Below, piece by piece: positions 45,019 to 54,598 of a stretch of DNA of 64,000 nt (position 1 is the first letter of the stretch; every line of letters begins with the position of its first letter). The stretch comes from Planctomycetota bacterium (lineage in GTDB: Bacteria; Planctomycetota; UBA1135; JAKEFM01): assembly GCA_035695825.1 (NCBI GenBank), contig DASRRH010000009.1, forward strand, positions 87,044 through 151,043. The letters run 5' to 3'. Both the position numbers and the translations under genes were made by a program. Below the pieces are notes generated by a model. It saw only the letters and a program-made list of their open reading frames with translations. It made no database searches and was not told where the DNA came from.

Positions 45019-46773
45019 ATGCTCGGGCCCCTCGCCTTGGTCCTCTCCTCCGCGTTCTCCGGACGCGCGGTTCAGGAACGGCCTGCGTCCGAAATCGTCG
45101 CCGGCGACCTCGGCGCGAAGCTCGACGCCTACCTCGAGCGCTGCGAGGCCTTCGGCTTCTCGGGCTCGGTGCTGGTGACCCGTGGAGGGAACGTGATCCT
45201 CGCGAAGGGCTTCGGGCTCGCGGACCGCGAGCGCGGCCTCGCGAACGCCCCTGACACTCTCTTCGAGATCGCCTCCACCTCGAAGCAGTTCACCGCCGCC
45301 GCCGTGCTCAAGCTCGAGGCGGAGGGGAAGCTCCGGACGGCCGACCCGATCTCGAAGCATCTCCCGGGTGTCCCCGCCGATCACCGCGCCGTCACGATCC
45401 AGCACCTCCTGACCCACACCTCGGGCTTCTCGAGGATGGGACCGGGCCCGGGGGGACCCGACCTCGAGACGGCGGTTCGCGGGTACCTCGGCGGCAAGCG
45501 CCTCGCCGAGCCGGGCGCGCGCTTCGAGTACTGGAACGGGGGCTACGCCCTCCTCGCTGGAATCGTCGAGCGCGCGAGCGGGATGCCGTTCACGGAGTAC
45601 TGCCGGAAGCGCCTCTTCGAGCCGGCCGGGATGGCGCAGACGGGGTTCTGCGGGGAGAAGGCCCTCGACGCGTTGCCCCTCGCGCATGGCTACGAGGAGG
45701 AGAAAGACGTGGGATCGGCGACGGCCCACTCCTTCGGCTGGGAGTACCGGGGGATGGGCGGAGTCGTGACGTCGGTCCTGGACCTCCACCGATGGGACCG
45801 AGCCCTCGAAGGGGGAAAGGTCCTCCCGCCCGAAGCGTTGGCGAAGCTGTACGCGCCCTCCCTCGAGAACTACGCCTGCGGCTGGTGGGTGACCCGGACT
45901 CCACGGGGCACGCGCCGCGTCGAGCACGGCGGCAGCGTCGCCGGCTTCGAGTCCGAGCTCATCCGATTCGTCGACGAAGGGGCGACCGTCGCCCTCCTCG
46001 CGAACCGCTCCGGGGTCCACTGGCAGGTCGGCTACAACCTGGCGAACCTCCTCTTCGGCGAGCCCTTCAAGGCGCCGGCGCCCCCGGAGGTGATGCGCAT
46101 CGAGCCCGAGCGGCTGAAGGCGTTCGAAGGCATCTACGAGGCGGGCCCCAAGGCGAGGCTCGTCATCAGGACCGAGGGCCCGGGCCTGCTCATCGGGGCC
46201 GAGGGGCAGGAGGCGATCGGTTGGTTCGAGCCGGGGGGTTCCAGAGGTCCATTCGAAAGGGAGCGGAGCCTCGCCCTCTCCGTGCTCCAGGGCCTCTCTC
46301 GGGGAGACGTGTCCGAGGTCCGGAACCGGGTGCCGAAGGAGGCATTCTGGGCGGCCACCTGGCCGGACCAGTTGCGGACGTCGCTCTGGCCCAAGCATCT
46401 CGAGAAGTGGGGACCGCTCGCTTCGCTCGAGGAGGTGGGCGCGAGGACGGAGCCCGACGGACGGAGCGTGCGGGTCTGGGTCCGCCTCCGGCACGAGAAG
46501 GGGCCGGCGGCCGCCGAGGTCGCGTTCCAGGGCGACCGGCTCACGATCCTCGACCTGAAGGGCCGGGAGTTTCCGGCCATGGCCCGCTACGCCCCGACGA
46601 GCGGGACGACCTTCGAGTCCTACGACTTCGGCCGTCCGGCCGGTCCGACGATGGCGTTCGAAGCGCCGGGAGGCGGCGCGCCGCGGCGCCTGGTGCTCGC
46701 GCTTCCGGGGGGAAAGAGGATCGTTCTCGAGCGAAGGAGGAGAGGGGAATCTCCGAAGGCCGGCCTTCGCTGA
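45019..46773 (+). CDS. Serine hydrolase, beta-lactamase fold, with C-terminal extension (paralog of 35365..37098)
   Basis: The SxxK motif occurs in FEIASTSKQFTAAAVLKL. Blocks shared with the paralog include FGFSGSVLVTRGGNVILAKGFGLAD and ISKHLPGVP. Confidence 0.85.
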   Translation: MLGPLALVLSSAFSGRAVQERPASEIVAGDLGAKLDAYLERCEAFGFSGSVLVTRGGNVILAKGFGLADRERGLANAPDTLFEIASTSKQFTAAAVLKLEAEGKLRTADPISKHLPGVPADHRAVTIQHLLTHTSGFSRMGPGPGGPDLETAVRGYLGGKRLAEPGARFEYWNGGYALLAGIVERASGMPFTEYCRKRLFEPAGMAQTGFCGEKALDALPLAHGYEEEKDVGSATAHSFGWEYRGMGGVVTSVLDLHRWDRALEGGKVLPPEALAKLYAPSLENYACGWWVTRTPRGTRRVEHGGSVAGFESELIRFVDEGATVALLANRSGVHWQVGYNLANLLFGEPFKAPAPPEVMRIEPERLKAFEGIYEAGPKARLVIRTEGPGLLIGAEGQEAIGWFEPGGSRGPFERERSLALSVLQGLSRGDVSEVRNRVPKEAFWAATWPDQLRTSLWPKHLEKWGPLASLEEVGARTEPDGRSVRVWVRLRHEKGPAAAEVAFQGDRLTILDLKGREFPAMARYAPTSGTTFESYDFGRPAGPTMAFEAPGGGAPRRLVLALPGGKRIVLERRRRGESPKAGLR

Positions 46774-46821
46774 GGGTGCAGGGCTTCTAGGATCGGGCCG
46801 CCGGAGAGAAACGGGGGCGGT

Positions 46822-47067
46822 CTACCGCATGACCGCCTTCACGTGCCAGACGGTCCCCATGCGGACGTGCCCGCAGAACGGGCCGTGCACGTGGTTCGGG
46901 GCGAGCGCCATCCAGCGCCCCTCGGCGTAGAAGTGCCCGCAGGCGAGGCCGTGCTCGTGGAGGATGTCCCCGCGCGGCGTCATCACCAAGGGAGGGTGCG
47001 CGTGGACGACGCAGCCCGCCGTGAGGAGGCAGGCGAGGAGGGCGAGAATCCCCGAACCGACGCGCAT
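46822..47067 (-). CDS. Small His/Cys-rich lipoprotein (81 aa)
   Basis: ATG 47067 (AGGAG upstream) gives MRVGSGILALLACLLTAGC (lipobox). The mature 62 aa contain a duplicated motif, HEHGLACGHFYAEGRW and HVHGPFCGHVRMGTVW. Confidence 0.6.
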   Translation of the reverse strand: MRVGSGILALLACLLTAGCVVHAHPPLVMTPRGDILHEHGLACGHFYAEGRWMALAPNHVHGPFCGHVRMGTVWHVKAVMR

Positions 47068-47149
47068 CGTTGTTCTCCTTTCCCCCGTTCCGAAGACCAC
47101 CGACGGGGGAAGGGCCTTTCGGCCGGGCGGGGGGGCGACTTGAGCGGGG

Positions 47150-48175
47150 TCAGCGGAGCCGGACGAGGAGGTCGAGCGGCACCTCCTCCGGGGCGAGGCG
47201 GCGCCGGAGATCCCCGAGGAAGCGCCAGCCGTCCTCGAAGTACCCGGCCGTCCTCCGGAGGCCCGGGAGGAGGGCGAGGAAGTGGGCGTTCAGGCGCTCG
47301 ACGAGGATCTCGCGCGCGTACTTCGCGAGGACCGAAGCGAGCGCGCAGGGGAACGAGAGGTGCTCCCCGCCGACGCAGAAGGAGAGGCGGGCGCCCCGGG
47401 CTTCCCCGTGGAGGAGGTACTCGGAACGAGCGGGTTCCTCGCGCAGCGGGGTCGGCAGGAACTCGGGGAGAAGGGCCTCGAGCCGGTAGAAGCGCCGGCC
47501 CCCGAGGCGATCGACGAGGATCGTCCCCTCCCCTCGCCGCGGGAGCGTCGCGAGGTGGCGGAGGAGGTCGACGACGAGGTCGAGGTGGAAGGAGGCCTTG
47601 TTCCCGTGCCGCCTCACCCCCTCGTTGAACGCCCGCTCGGGGACGACCCGGACGCCCGCCACCCGGACTCGAACGCCGGCGCCTTCGGCGACGGGGCGCG
47701 CGCGGTCGAGGTCGGCCTCGAGGACCTCGACCGGCGCGCGCCGGGGGAGGGGAAGGTCGAGGTCGCGGTACCAGGGGTGCGCGTCGAGATCCCCTCGGGA
47801 GGGCGCGAAGGGTCCCTCGAGGAGTCCCCGGATCGTCGCGGGGCGCCCGCCGCGAGCGAGGGAGAGGAAGAGGAGGGCCGCGCGCTCGAGCCGCGCGAAG
47901 CCCCCGGCCCCCGGGTAGAGGACCTTCGAATCGCAGACGGCGGGGAGGTCGGGTGCACCCGCGCGCGGGGGGCGAGGGGCGACCGCGCGGGCGAGAAGGC
48001 TCCAGAGATCGGGCGCCTCCGAGGGGCGGTCGAAGGCGGCGTAGCCGACGCAGAGGGGGCCGAGGAGGGGCCCGAAACCGGCCTCGTCGATCCCCCCCTC
48101 GAGACGTTCAAGGCCGTCGCGCCGCCCGGACGATAGTCGCGGCGGTCTCCGACCCTCCGTGGACGTCCTCCTCAT
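47150..48175 (-). CDS. RNase HII-family (RNase H2-like) protein, extended/divergent
   Basis: GIDEAGFGPLLGPLCVGYAAF resembles the RNase HII GxDExGRGPLxGPVV motif. CDSKVLY resembles DSKKL. ALASVLAKYAREILV resembles ASIxAKVxRD. At 341 aa it is longer than typical RnhB. Confidence 0.55.
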   Translation of the reverse strand: MRRTSTEGRRPPRLSSGRRDGLERLEGGIDEAGFGPLLGPLCVGYAAFDRPSEAPDLWSLLARAVAPRPPRAGAPDLPAVCDSKVLYPGAGGFARLERAALLFLSLARGGRPATIRGLLEGPFAPSRGDLDAHPWYRDLDLPLPRRAPVEVLEADLDRARPVAEGAGVRVRVAGVRVVPERAFNEGVRRHGNKASFHLDLVVDLLRHLATLPRRGEGTILVDRLGGRRFYRLEALLPEFLPTPLREEPARSEYLLHGEARGARLSFCVGGEHLSFPCALASVLAKYAREILVERLNAHFLALLPGLRRTAGYFEDGWRFLGDLRRRLAPEEVPLDLLVRLR

Positions 48176-48575
48176 CGTTCAGGATCCCCTCGTGCGCGAC
48201 ATGATCGCGATCGGCTTCGAGAACGTGCCCGAGACCGAGGTGGTCGCCGCCGCGGGGCCGACCGCGGTCGACCGCGCCCGCAACAAGAAGTTCGACGTCG
48301 TCTTCATGGGTCACGACCCCCGGGAGAAGGAGAACTCCGAGGGGAACGCCGAGGACGTGATCGCGCGGCTGCGGGAGATCGACAAGGAGGCCGAGGCCGT
48401 CGTCGTCACGGACGCCCGCTCGGCGAAGACCCTCGGGGAGAAGCGCGACAAGCTCGGGCCCTGCTCGTTCCTCCGGACCCCGATCCAGCCGAACGAGTTC
48501 TTCCGGCTCGCGGTCCGCCTCCGCTCCCGCCGCTCCCAGGCCGCGGGAGCCCGCCCGCCGAAGGGCGGGCGCTGA
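48159..48575 (+). CDS. Receiver-like (CheY-fold) single-domain protein with degenerate acidic pocket
   Basis: The VLLIVQDPLVRDMIAIGF beta1-alpha1 pattern is present. The expected phospho-acceptor region reads FDVVFMGHDP. GTG start at 48159. Confidence 0.45.
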   Translation: MDVLLIVQDPLVRDMIAIGFENVPETEVVAAAGPTAVDRARNKKFDVVFMGHDPREKENSEGNAEDVIARLREIDKEAEAVVVTDARSAKTLGEKRDKLGPCSFLRTPIQPNEFFRLAVRLRSRRSQAAGARPPKGGR

Positions 48576-48581
48576 TCTCCC

Positions 48582-49442
48582 TCACGAGGGGGCGGGCGCG
48601 CCGCGCGCGCGAAGCCGTCGCAGCATGATGAGGGAGAGGGCGAAGAGCGGGATCGAGATCGCCTGCGAGGTCGAGAGGCCTCCGGTGAAGGAGAAGGCCC
48701 CCGGGAGGCGGAGGACCCCGCGGGCGACGTCGTCGCCGCGGAAGGTCTCGATCAGGGAGCGCGTGACGCAGTAGACGGCGGTGGTCGTCCAGACGACCTG
48801 GCCCGGGAAGCGCCGCCGCGGGAGGAGGAAGCGCCCGAGCGCGCCGAGGAGGAAGCCGTTCGCGGAGAGGTAGAGCTGCGTCGCGTAGACGAGCCGGCCC
48901 GCGCTCGCCGGGTCCCACTGCGCTTCGGGCGGGATCGGGTCGGGGACGCGGATCGCGATCGGGAAGGGGGTCCCCTCCGGGGCGAGGCGGCCGTAGTCGT
49001 CCCCGACGAGGAGGCAGCCGATCCGGCCGATCCCGAGCCCGACCCATCCGGCGGCGAGGGCGTAGTCGGCGGTGTTCCAGAGGTCCATGCCGAGCCGGGG
49101 CAGGCGCCAGAGGCCCGCGGCGACCGCGCCGAGGAAGCCGCCGTAGAAGACGAGCCCCCCCTTCCAGATGAAGAGGACTTCGTGCCAGCGCCCCGCGAAC
49201 TCCTCGGGGTGGACGAGGACGTAGAGGAGGCGCGCGCCGCCGATCGCCGCCCCGAGGACCCAGACGGAGAGGTCGTTCAGACGGGCGGGGTCCCGCGCGG
49301 GGTCGGTCGAGAAGCGCCGCGCGTAGCGGCCGGCGAGCGCGCTCGCGACGAGGAAGCCGAGGGCGACCATCACCCCGAAGGAGTGGAGCGGGATCGCCCC
49401 GAGGCCGAAGGGGAGCGGGATCCGGAGGAGGACCGGCCACAC
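48582..49442 (-). CDS. lgt: Prolipoprotein diacylglyceryl transferase
   Basis: [46 protein letters not shown] and [11 protein letters not shown] match the Lgt family signature blocks. GTG start at 49442. Confidence 0.9.
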   Translation of the reverse strand: MWPVLLRIPLPFGLGAIPLHSFGVMVALGFLVASALAGRYARRFSTDPARDPARLNDLSVWVLGAAIGGARLLYVLVHPEEFAGRWHEVLFIWKGGLVFYGGFLGAVAAGLWRLPRLGMDLWNTADYALAAGWVGLGIGRIGCLLVGDDYGRLAPEGTPFPIAIRVPDPIPPEAQWDPASAGRLVYATQLYLSANGFLLGALGRFLLPRRRFPGQVVWTTTAVYCVTRSLIETFRGDDVARGVLRLPGAFSFTGGLSTSQAISIPLFALSLIMLRRLRARGAPAPS

Positions 49443-49445
49443 GGG

Positions 49446-49459
49446 CCGCGGATTATGCG
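49446..49459 (-). promoter_or_regulatory. Conserved 14-mer CGCATAATCCGCGG (minus strand) with -10-like CATAAT 9 nt upstream of the lgt GTG
   Basis: The minus strand reads CTCGCATAATCCGCGGCCCGTGTGG. It is identical to 13864-13877. The spacing implies a leaderless or near-leaderless lgt mRNA. Confidence 0.4.
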
Positions 49460-49528
49460 AGGGGGGGCGCTGGAAGGGGACGCGTTTCCGGCTATCCTTC
49501 CTGCCCCGCGAAGTCGAGCGGGCCCCGA

Positions 49529-50353
49529 ATGTCCGAGTCCCCCTCCCCGATGCCGGCTCCCTCCGCGCCCGCGCCGCGGCCGAAGGTCCGCGTCCTCTTC
49601 GAGGGGCGCTACCGCAAGTTCGTCCGCGACCTCCCGCAGACGGTTTTCTTCTGCCCCGACTGCAAGGGGCGCGGGAAGGGGTGCACGCGGTGCGGGGGGT
49701 TCGGCAAGCTCACGAAGGACTCCGTCCAGGAGCTGATCGCGCGCGTCGCGATGCCCCGGTTCAAGGCGCGGCGGAACAAGTTCCACGGCGCCGGCCGCGA
49801 GGACGTCGACGTCCGGATGCTCGGCCCGGGGCGCCCCTTCGTCTTCGAGGTGCTTGGGCCCAAGGTGCCGCGCCCCGACCTCGCGGAGATCGAGACGGAG
49901 GTGAACCGCCGCTACGAGGGGAGGCTCCAGCTCCTCGACCTCCGCTGGTGCGATCGCAAGCGCGTCGCGGCGGTGAAGGAGGGGAAGCAGGTGAAGGAGT
50001 ACGAGGCGCTCGTCGTCCCCGAGCCCTCCCCCGACTCCGGGCGGCTGCGGGAGCTCGTCGGCCGCCGCGTCGAGGTCGTGCAGCGCACGCCCGAGCGCGT
50101 CGCCCACCGCCGCGCCGACCTCGAGCGGCGCCGCTGGATCCAGCTCACCGCGGTCGACGCCGTCGAAGGGGGACTGCGCGTCCGCGTGCGATCCGCCCAC
50201 GGCACGTACATCAAGGAGGCGATCTCCGGCGAGGGGGGGCGGACGACGCCGAGCCTCGCCTCGCTCCTCGACGTCCGCTGCGAGTGCCGCGAGCTCGACG
50301 TCGTCAACATGTTCGAGGAAAGCGAGGCGGGCGCGGCGGCGGAGAAGGGATGA
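49529..50353 (+). CDS. Pus10-like tRNA pseudouridine synthase, THUMP-less (zinc ribbon + catalytic domain)
   Basis: The motifs are [18 protein letters not shown] (CxxC...CxxC), [42 protein letters not shown] and [20 protein letters not shown]. They parallel the Pus10 catalytic-domain motifs GREDVDVR, GxGRPF, TPxRVxHRR and GTYIKEFVHGDxGRTxP. Confidence 0.75.
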   Translation: MSESPSPMPAPSAPAPRPKVRVLFEGRYRKFVRDLPQTVFFCPDCKGRGKGCTRCGGFGKLTKDSVQELIARVAMPRFKARRNKFHGAGREDVDVRMLGPGRPFVFEVLGPKVPRPDLAEIETEVNRRYEGRLQLLDLRWCDRKRVAAVKEGKQVKEYEALVVPEPSPDSGRLRELVGRRVEVVQRTPERVAHRRADLERRRWIQLTAVDAVEGGLRVRVRSAHGTYIKEAISGEGGRTTPSLASLLDVRCECRELDVVNMFEESEAGAAAEKG

Positions 50354-52632
50354 TCCGGGTGGCCGCAGGCCGCGACCCGGTCTGCGGGATGGAGGTCGAC
50401 CCCTTCGCCTCGGCCGGAGAGGTCCGCCACGGGGGGCAGACCTACCGGTTCTGCAGCGAGGGGTGCCTGCGGAAGTTCCGGTCCGACCCGGGACGCTTCG
50501 TCCCCTCGCGCCCCCCGGTCGCGGAGGGGCCGCCGCCGGCCGCGTCCCCCTCTCCCCTCTACGCCTGCCCGATGCACCCGCAGGTCCTGCGCCCCGGCCC
50601 CGGGGCCTGCCCGATCTGCGGGATGGCGCTCGAGCCCCTCGACCTCTCCGCCGGGGGGGAGGAGGACCGGGAGCTCGCCGACTACGCCCGCCGGCTCAAG
50701 GTGGGCGCGGTCTTCGGCCTCCCGGTCCTCGTCCTCGGGATGGGGCCCTGGGGGCACGGAGCCCTCTCGCGCTTCGCCGGGCTCGTCCTTGCGACGCCCG
50801 TCATCCTCTGGAGCGCTCTCCCCCTCTTCCGGAAAGCGGTCGATTCGCTCCGCCGCAGGACGGCGAACATGTTCACCCTGATCGCCGCGGGGATCGGGGC
50901 GGCCTACCTCTACAGCGTCGCGGCGACGCTCGCGCCCGGGCTCTTCCCCGCGAGCTACCATGGGACGAGAGGAGGGGTCGGCGTCTACTTCGAGTCGGCC
51001 GTCGGGATCGCCCTCCTCGTCCTCCTCGGTCAGGTCCTCGAGGGGAAGGCGCGGCGCAAGACCGGCGACGCGATCCGGGCGCTCCTCGAGCTCGTGCCGA
51101 AGACGGCCCGCCGCGTTCGCGAGGAGGGAGGGGAGGAGGACGTTCCGATCGCGGAGGTCCGCGTCGGGGATCTCCTGCGCGTCCGCCCCGGGGAGAACGT
51201 CCCGGTCGACGGGGTCGTGGTCGAGGGGTGGAGCGGGGTCGACGAGTCGGCCGTGACGGGCGAGTCCCTTCCCGTCGAGAAGCGGGCGGGAGACACGGTG
51301 ATCGGAGGGACGCGCAACCAGACCGGAACCCTCCTCGTCCGGGCCTCCCGCGTCGGCGCGGAGACCGTCCTCGCTCGGATCCTCGCCGCCGTCGCCGAGG
51401 TCCGGCGGACGCGGGCCCCGATCCAGCGGCTCGCGGACCGCGTCTCGGCCCGGTTCGTCCCCGCCGTGCTCGCCGTCTCGGCCCTCTCCTTCGCCCTATG
51501 GCTCGGCCTCGGCCCCGAGCCCGCCCTTCCCCACGCCGTCCTCGCCGCGGTCTCGGTCCTCCTCGTCGCCTGCCCCTGCGCGCTCGGCCTCGCGACCCCC
51601 CTCTCGATCGTCGTCGGCGCGGGGCGGGGCGCGCGGGAGGGGATCCTCGTCTCGAAGGCCGAGGCGCTCGAGCTCCTCGGAAGGGCCGACACCCTCCTCC
51701 TCGACAAGACCGGGACGCTGACGGAGGGAAAGCCGCGGGTGGTCGCCGTCCGGACCGCCCCGGGATTCTCCGAAGAGGAGGTGCTCCGGCTCGCCGCGGG
51801 CCTCGAGCGCGGAAGCGAGCACCCCCTCGCCGCCGCCGTTCTCGCAGCCGCCGAGGAGAAGGGGATCCGGCCCGGATCGGCGCAGGACTTCCGCGCCTTC
51901 CCCGGACGCGGCGTCGAGGGGAGAGTCGAGGGGAGGGAGGTCGCGCTCGGGAGCCGCGCCTGGTTCGACGCGCGGGGCCTCCGCGGTCTCGAGGAGGAGG
52001 CGGAGGCCGCGCGCGGCGCGACCCTCGCGTTCGTCTCCGTCGACGGACGGGTCGCGGGCTTCCTCGCGATCGCGGACTCCGTGCGCTCCGGCGCGCGCGA
52101 GGCGGTCGGACGCCTGAAAGCCGAGGGGGTCCGCGTCCTCATGGCGACCGGGGATGGCGCCGCGGCGGCCGAGTCGGTCGCGCGGGAGGTCGGGATCGAC
52201 GACGTCGAGTCGGGGTTGAGCCCGGAGGGGAAGCGCGCCCTCGTCGCTCGCCTCCGGGCGGAGGGGCGGCTCGTCGCCTTCGCCGGAGACGGCGTGAACG
52301 ACGCCCCCGCCCTCGCGGAGGCCGACGTCGGCATCGCGATGGGGAAGGGGACCGACGTCGCGAAGGGGAGCGCGGGGATCACGCTCTTGCGCGGGGACCT
52401 CGGCGCCCTCCTCCGCGCGCGCGCCCTCTCGCGGGCGGTCCTCCGGAACGTCCGCCAGAACCTCTTCCTCGCCTTCGCCTACAACGCCCTCGCCGTCCCC
52501 GTCGCGGCGGGGGCCCTCTATCCGTTCACGCGGACCCTCCTCGATCCGATGCTCGCCGCCGCCGCGATGGGGGCGAGCTCCCTCTCGGTCGTCGCCAACG
52601 CCCTGCGGCTGCGCCGCGCGCCCGTCCGATAA
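50350..52632 (+). CDS. copA: Copper-translocating P1B-type ATPase with N-terminal YHS/TRASH and CPMHP-type metal-binding modules
   Basis: ATG 50350 overlaps the upstream stop (ATGA). Motifs are DPVCGMEV...YRFCSEGC (YHS/TRASH), YACPMHPQV...CPICGMAL, the TM CPC motif ([14 protein letters not shown]), DKTGTLT, and [10 protein letters not shown]. Confidence 0.9.
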   Translation: MIRVAAGRDPVCGMEVDPFASAGEVRHGGQTYRFCSEGCLRKFRSDPGRFVPSRPPVAEGPPPAASPSPLYACPMHPQVLRPGPGACPICGMALEPLDLSAGGEEDRELADYARRLKVGAVFGLPVLVLGMGPWGHGALSRFAGLVLATPVILWSALPLFRKAVDSLRRRTANMFTLIAAGIGAAYLYSVAATLAPGLFPASYHGTRGGVGVYFESAVGIALLVLLGQVLEGKARRKTGDAIRALLELVPKTARRVREEGGEEDVPIAEVRVGDLLRVRPGENVPVDGVVVEGWSGVDESAVTGESLPVEKRAGDTVIGGTRNQTGTLLVRASRVGAETVLARILAAVAEVRRTRAPIQRLADRVSARFVPAVLAVSALSFALWLGLGPEPALPHAVLAAVSVLLVACPCALGLATPLSIVVGAGRGAREGILVSKAEALELLGRADTLLLDKTGTLTEGKPRVVAVRTAPGFSEEEVLRLAAGLERGSEHPLAAAVLAAAEEKGIRPGSAQDFRAFPGRGVEGRVEGREVALGSRAWFDARGLRGLEEEAEAARGATLAFVSVDGRVAGFLAIADSVRSGAREAVGRLKAEGVRVLMATGDGAAAAESVAREVGIDDVESGLSPEGKRALVARLRAEGRLVAFAGDGVNDAPALAEADVGIAMGKGTDVAKGSAGITLLRGDLGALLRARALSRAVLRNVRQNLFLAFAYNALAVPVAAGALYPFTRTLLDPMLAAAAMGASSLSVVANALRLRRAPVR

Positions 52633-52640
52633 GGGCGCCC

Positions 52641-53234
52641 ATGCGCGGCCGACCCGCCGCCGGCTTCACGCTCCTCGAGCTCGTCGTCGTCCTCGCGATC
52701 CTCCTCCTCCTCGCGGGCCTCCTCCTCCCGAACGTCCTCTCGGTCGCGAAGGACGCCCGCTCAGCGAAGATCCTCGCCGTCTACGACGCCGTGGCGAAGG
52801 CCTGCCAGGCCTACCGCGCGGACACGGCGCAGACCGCGCAGGAGTTCGGCGATCCCTCCCTCGCGGCGACGGGGGATCACGGCCTCTTCCTCGCGCAACC
52901 CTCGGTGCCCGGCTGGGCCGGCCCCTACCTCGACCAACCTCTGAGCCCCGGGGACAACCCCTTCGGCCTCCCCCTCTACTGTTTCGCGGATCTGACCGGG
53001 AGCGCGGCGACCGTGAACCCCGACGGCTTCGACCTGACCGGCTCGGGGAGCCCCAACGCGACGGGGGCCGGCAACTTCCTCGGCTTCCTCGGCGTGCCCG
53101 AGGAGGTCGCGCGCCTCGTCGACGACGCCCTCGACCGGGGGATCCCCGGCACGTGGGCCGCGACCGGCCGCGTCGAGTACGTCTCGGCGGGTCGAAGGCT
53201 CGCGATCTTCATCCTCGACACGGACGGCCGGTAG
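52641..53234 (+). CDS. Prepilin-type N-terminal cleavage/methylation domain protein (pseudopilin-like)
   Basis: MRGRPAAGFTLLELVVVLAILLLLAGLLLP is a class III signal (G/FTLLE). The remaining roughly 165 aa have no recognised family. Confidence 0.75.
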   Translation: MRGRPAAGFTLLELVVVLAILLLLAGLLLPNVLSVAKDARSAKILAVYDAVAKACQAYRADTAQTAQEFGDPSLAATGDHGLFLAQPSVPGWAGPYLDQPLSPGDNPFGLPLYCFADLTGSAATVNPDGFDLTGSGSPNATGAGNFLGFLGVPEEVARLVDDALDRGIPGTWAATGRVEYVSAGRRLAIFILDTDGR

Positions 53235-54122
53235 TCACCCCGAGGCCTCGCGGGAGATCCTCCGCAGGCGCGCCGGGAGCGGGCGGTCCGCGACGATCGC
53301 CGCGACGACGATCAGCGCCCCGCCCGCCCACTCGAGCGTCGAGGGCGCGCGGGACCGGACGAGCCAGGCGAAGTAGACGGCGAAGACCGGCTCGAGGGCG
53401 AAGAGGAACGCGGCGCGGTTCGCGGTGGTCGAGCGCTGGCCGTAGACCTGCCCCCAGAGCGTCACCGCGGTGGCGAGGAGGCCGAGGTAGAGGAGGAGCG
53501 CCACGTTCCCCCCGGTCACCGGCGGGAGGGGCTTCCCCTCGACCAGGCCCGAGGCGAGGGAGAGCAAGGCCGTCGTCACCAATTCGACTCCGGTGAGCGG
53601 AAGAACGGGCGAGTCCCGGAGGAACTCCCCGAGAACGAGGATCTGGACGGCGAAGACGACGGCGCATCCGACGGTCAAGAGGTCCCCATCCCTGACCCCC
53701 TCCTCGAGCGGCACGCCGAAGAGGCAGGAGATCCCCCCGATTCCGAACGCCATCGCGGCGAGGGTTCCCGCCACCGGCTCGCGCCGGAGGAACGACCAGC
53801 CGAGGATCGGGACGAGGATCGTCGAGAGCGCGGTGAAGAAGGCCGAGCGCGCCTCGCTCGTGCGCCCGAGGCCGAGGGTCTGGAGGGAGAAGCCGAGGTA
53901 GATCAGGACCCCGAGGAACGCGCCGCGCCCGAGCGTCTTCCGGTCGAGCGCGCCGGGCCGAAGGAGCGCGGGGAGGAAGGCGAGCGCCGCGAGACCGAAG
54001 CGGACCGCCATCAGGCCGAAGGGAGGCCACGCGGTAAGGGCCTCTTTCACCGCGACGAAGGTCGTCCCCCAGACCGCCGTCGTGAGGAGGAGGACCCCCT
54101 CGGCGCGCCGCCTCGGGCTCAC
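53235..54122 (-). CDS. EamA/DMT family transporter
   Basis: GTG 54122 overlaps the upstream stop (GTGA). TTAVWGTTFVAVKEAL and repeated hydrophobic segments are typical of EamA. Confidence 0.8.
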   Translation of the reverse strand: MSPRRRAEGVLLLTTAVWGTTFVAVKEALTAWPPFGLMAVRFGLAALAFLPALLRPGALDRKTLGRGAFLGVLIYLGFSLQTLGLGRTSEARSAFFTALSTILVPILGWSFLRREPVAGTLAAMAFGIGGISCLFGVPLEEGVRDGDLLTVGCAVVFAVQILVLGEFLRDSPVLPLTGVELVTTALLSLASGLVEGKPLPPVTGGNVALLLYLGLLATAVTLWGQVYGQRSTTANRAAFLFALEPVFAVYFAWLVRSRAPSTLEWAGGALIVVAAIVADRPLPARLRRISREASG

Positions 54123-54598
54123 ACGACGGTTCCGAGGATCTTCCCCTCGAACACGCGCTCCCCTCCGACGAAGGCCTGCGCGTCCCAGCGGGCGACCCGC
54201 GGCCTCATCTGGAGCAGGAGGGTCGCGACGAGGAGCCGGCAGGGGGGCGCGACGACGCCGCGGAAGCGCACGTCGTCGACGCCGCCGAACCCGTAGAAGC
54301 CCCCCTTCGGGGCGTTCGTCCGGAGGTTCCAGAAGAAGGTGCAGAGCTGCGCGGCCGCCTCGATCATCAGGACGCCGGGGAAGACCGGCCGGCCGGGGAC
54401 ATGGCCCCGTGCCCAGAAGCCCTCCTCCCGGACCTCGTAGAACCCCACGCACAGGTCGTCCCCCTCGGCGTAGTAGACGACCCCCGACAGCAGCTCGAAC
54501 TCGAAGCGCTGGGGGTTCACCTCCCGGATCCGCTCGGGGCCAAAGAGGACCGGCGCGTCGGCGAAGCGGGCGGGGTCGATGAGGAGGGGCGAGGGCAC
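54119..54598 (-). CDS. FabZ/FabA-like 3-hydroxyacyl-ACP dehydratase (hotdog fold)
   Basis: GHVPGRPVFPGVLMIEAAAQL matches the FabZ HFPxxPxxPGVLxIEAxAQ motif. The GTG 54598 start is tentative; the track ORF extends to 54919 with non-protein-like sequence. Confidence 0.7.
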   Translation of the reverse strand: MPSPLLIDPARFADAPVLFGPERIREVNPQRFEFELLSGVVYYAEGDDLCVGFYEVREEGFWARGHVPGRPVFPGVLMIEAAAQLCTFFWNLRTNAPKGGFYGFGGVDDVRFRGVVAPPCRLLVATLLLQMRPRVARWDAQAFVGGERVFEGKILGTVV

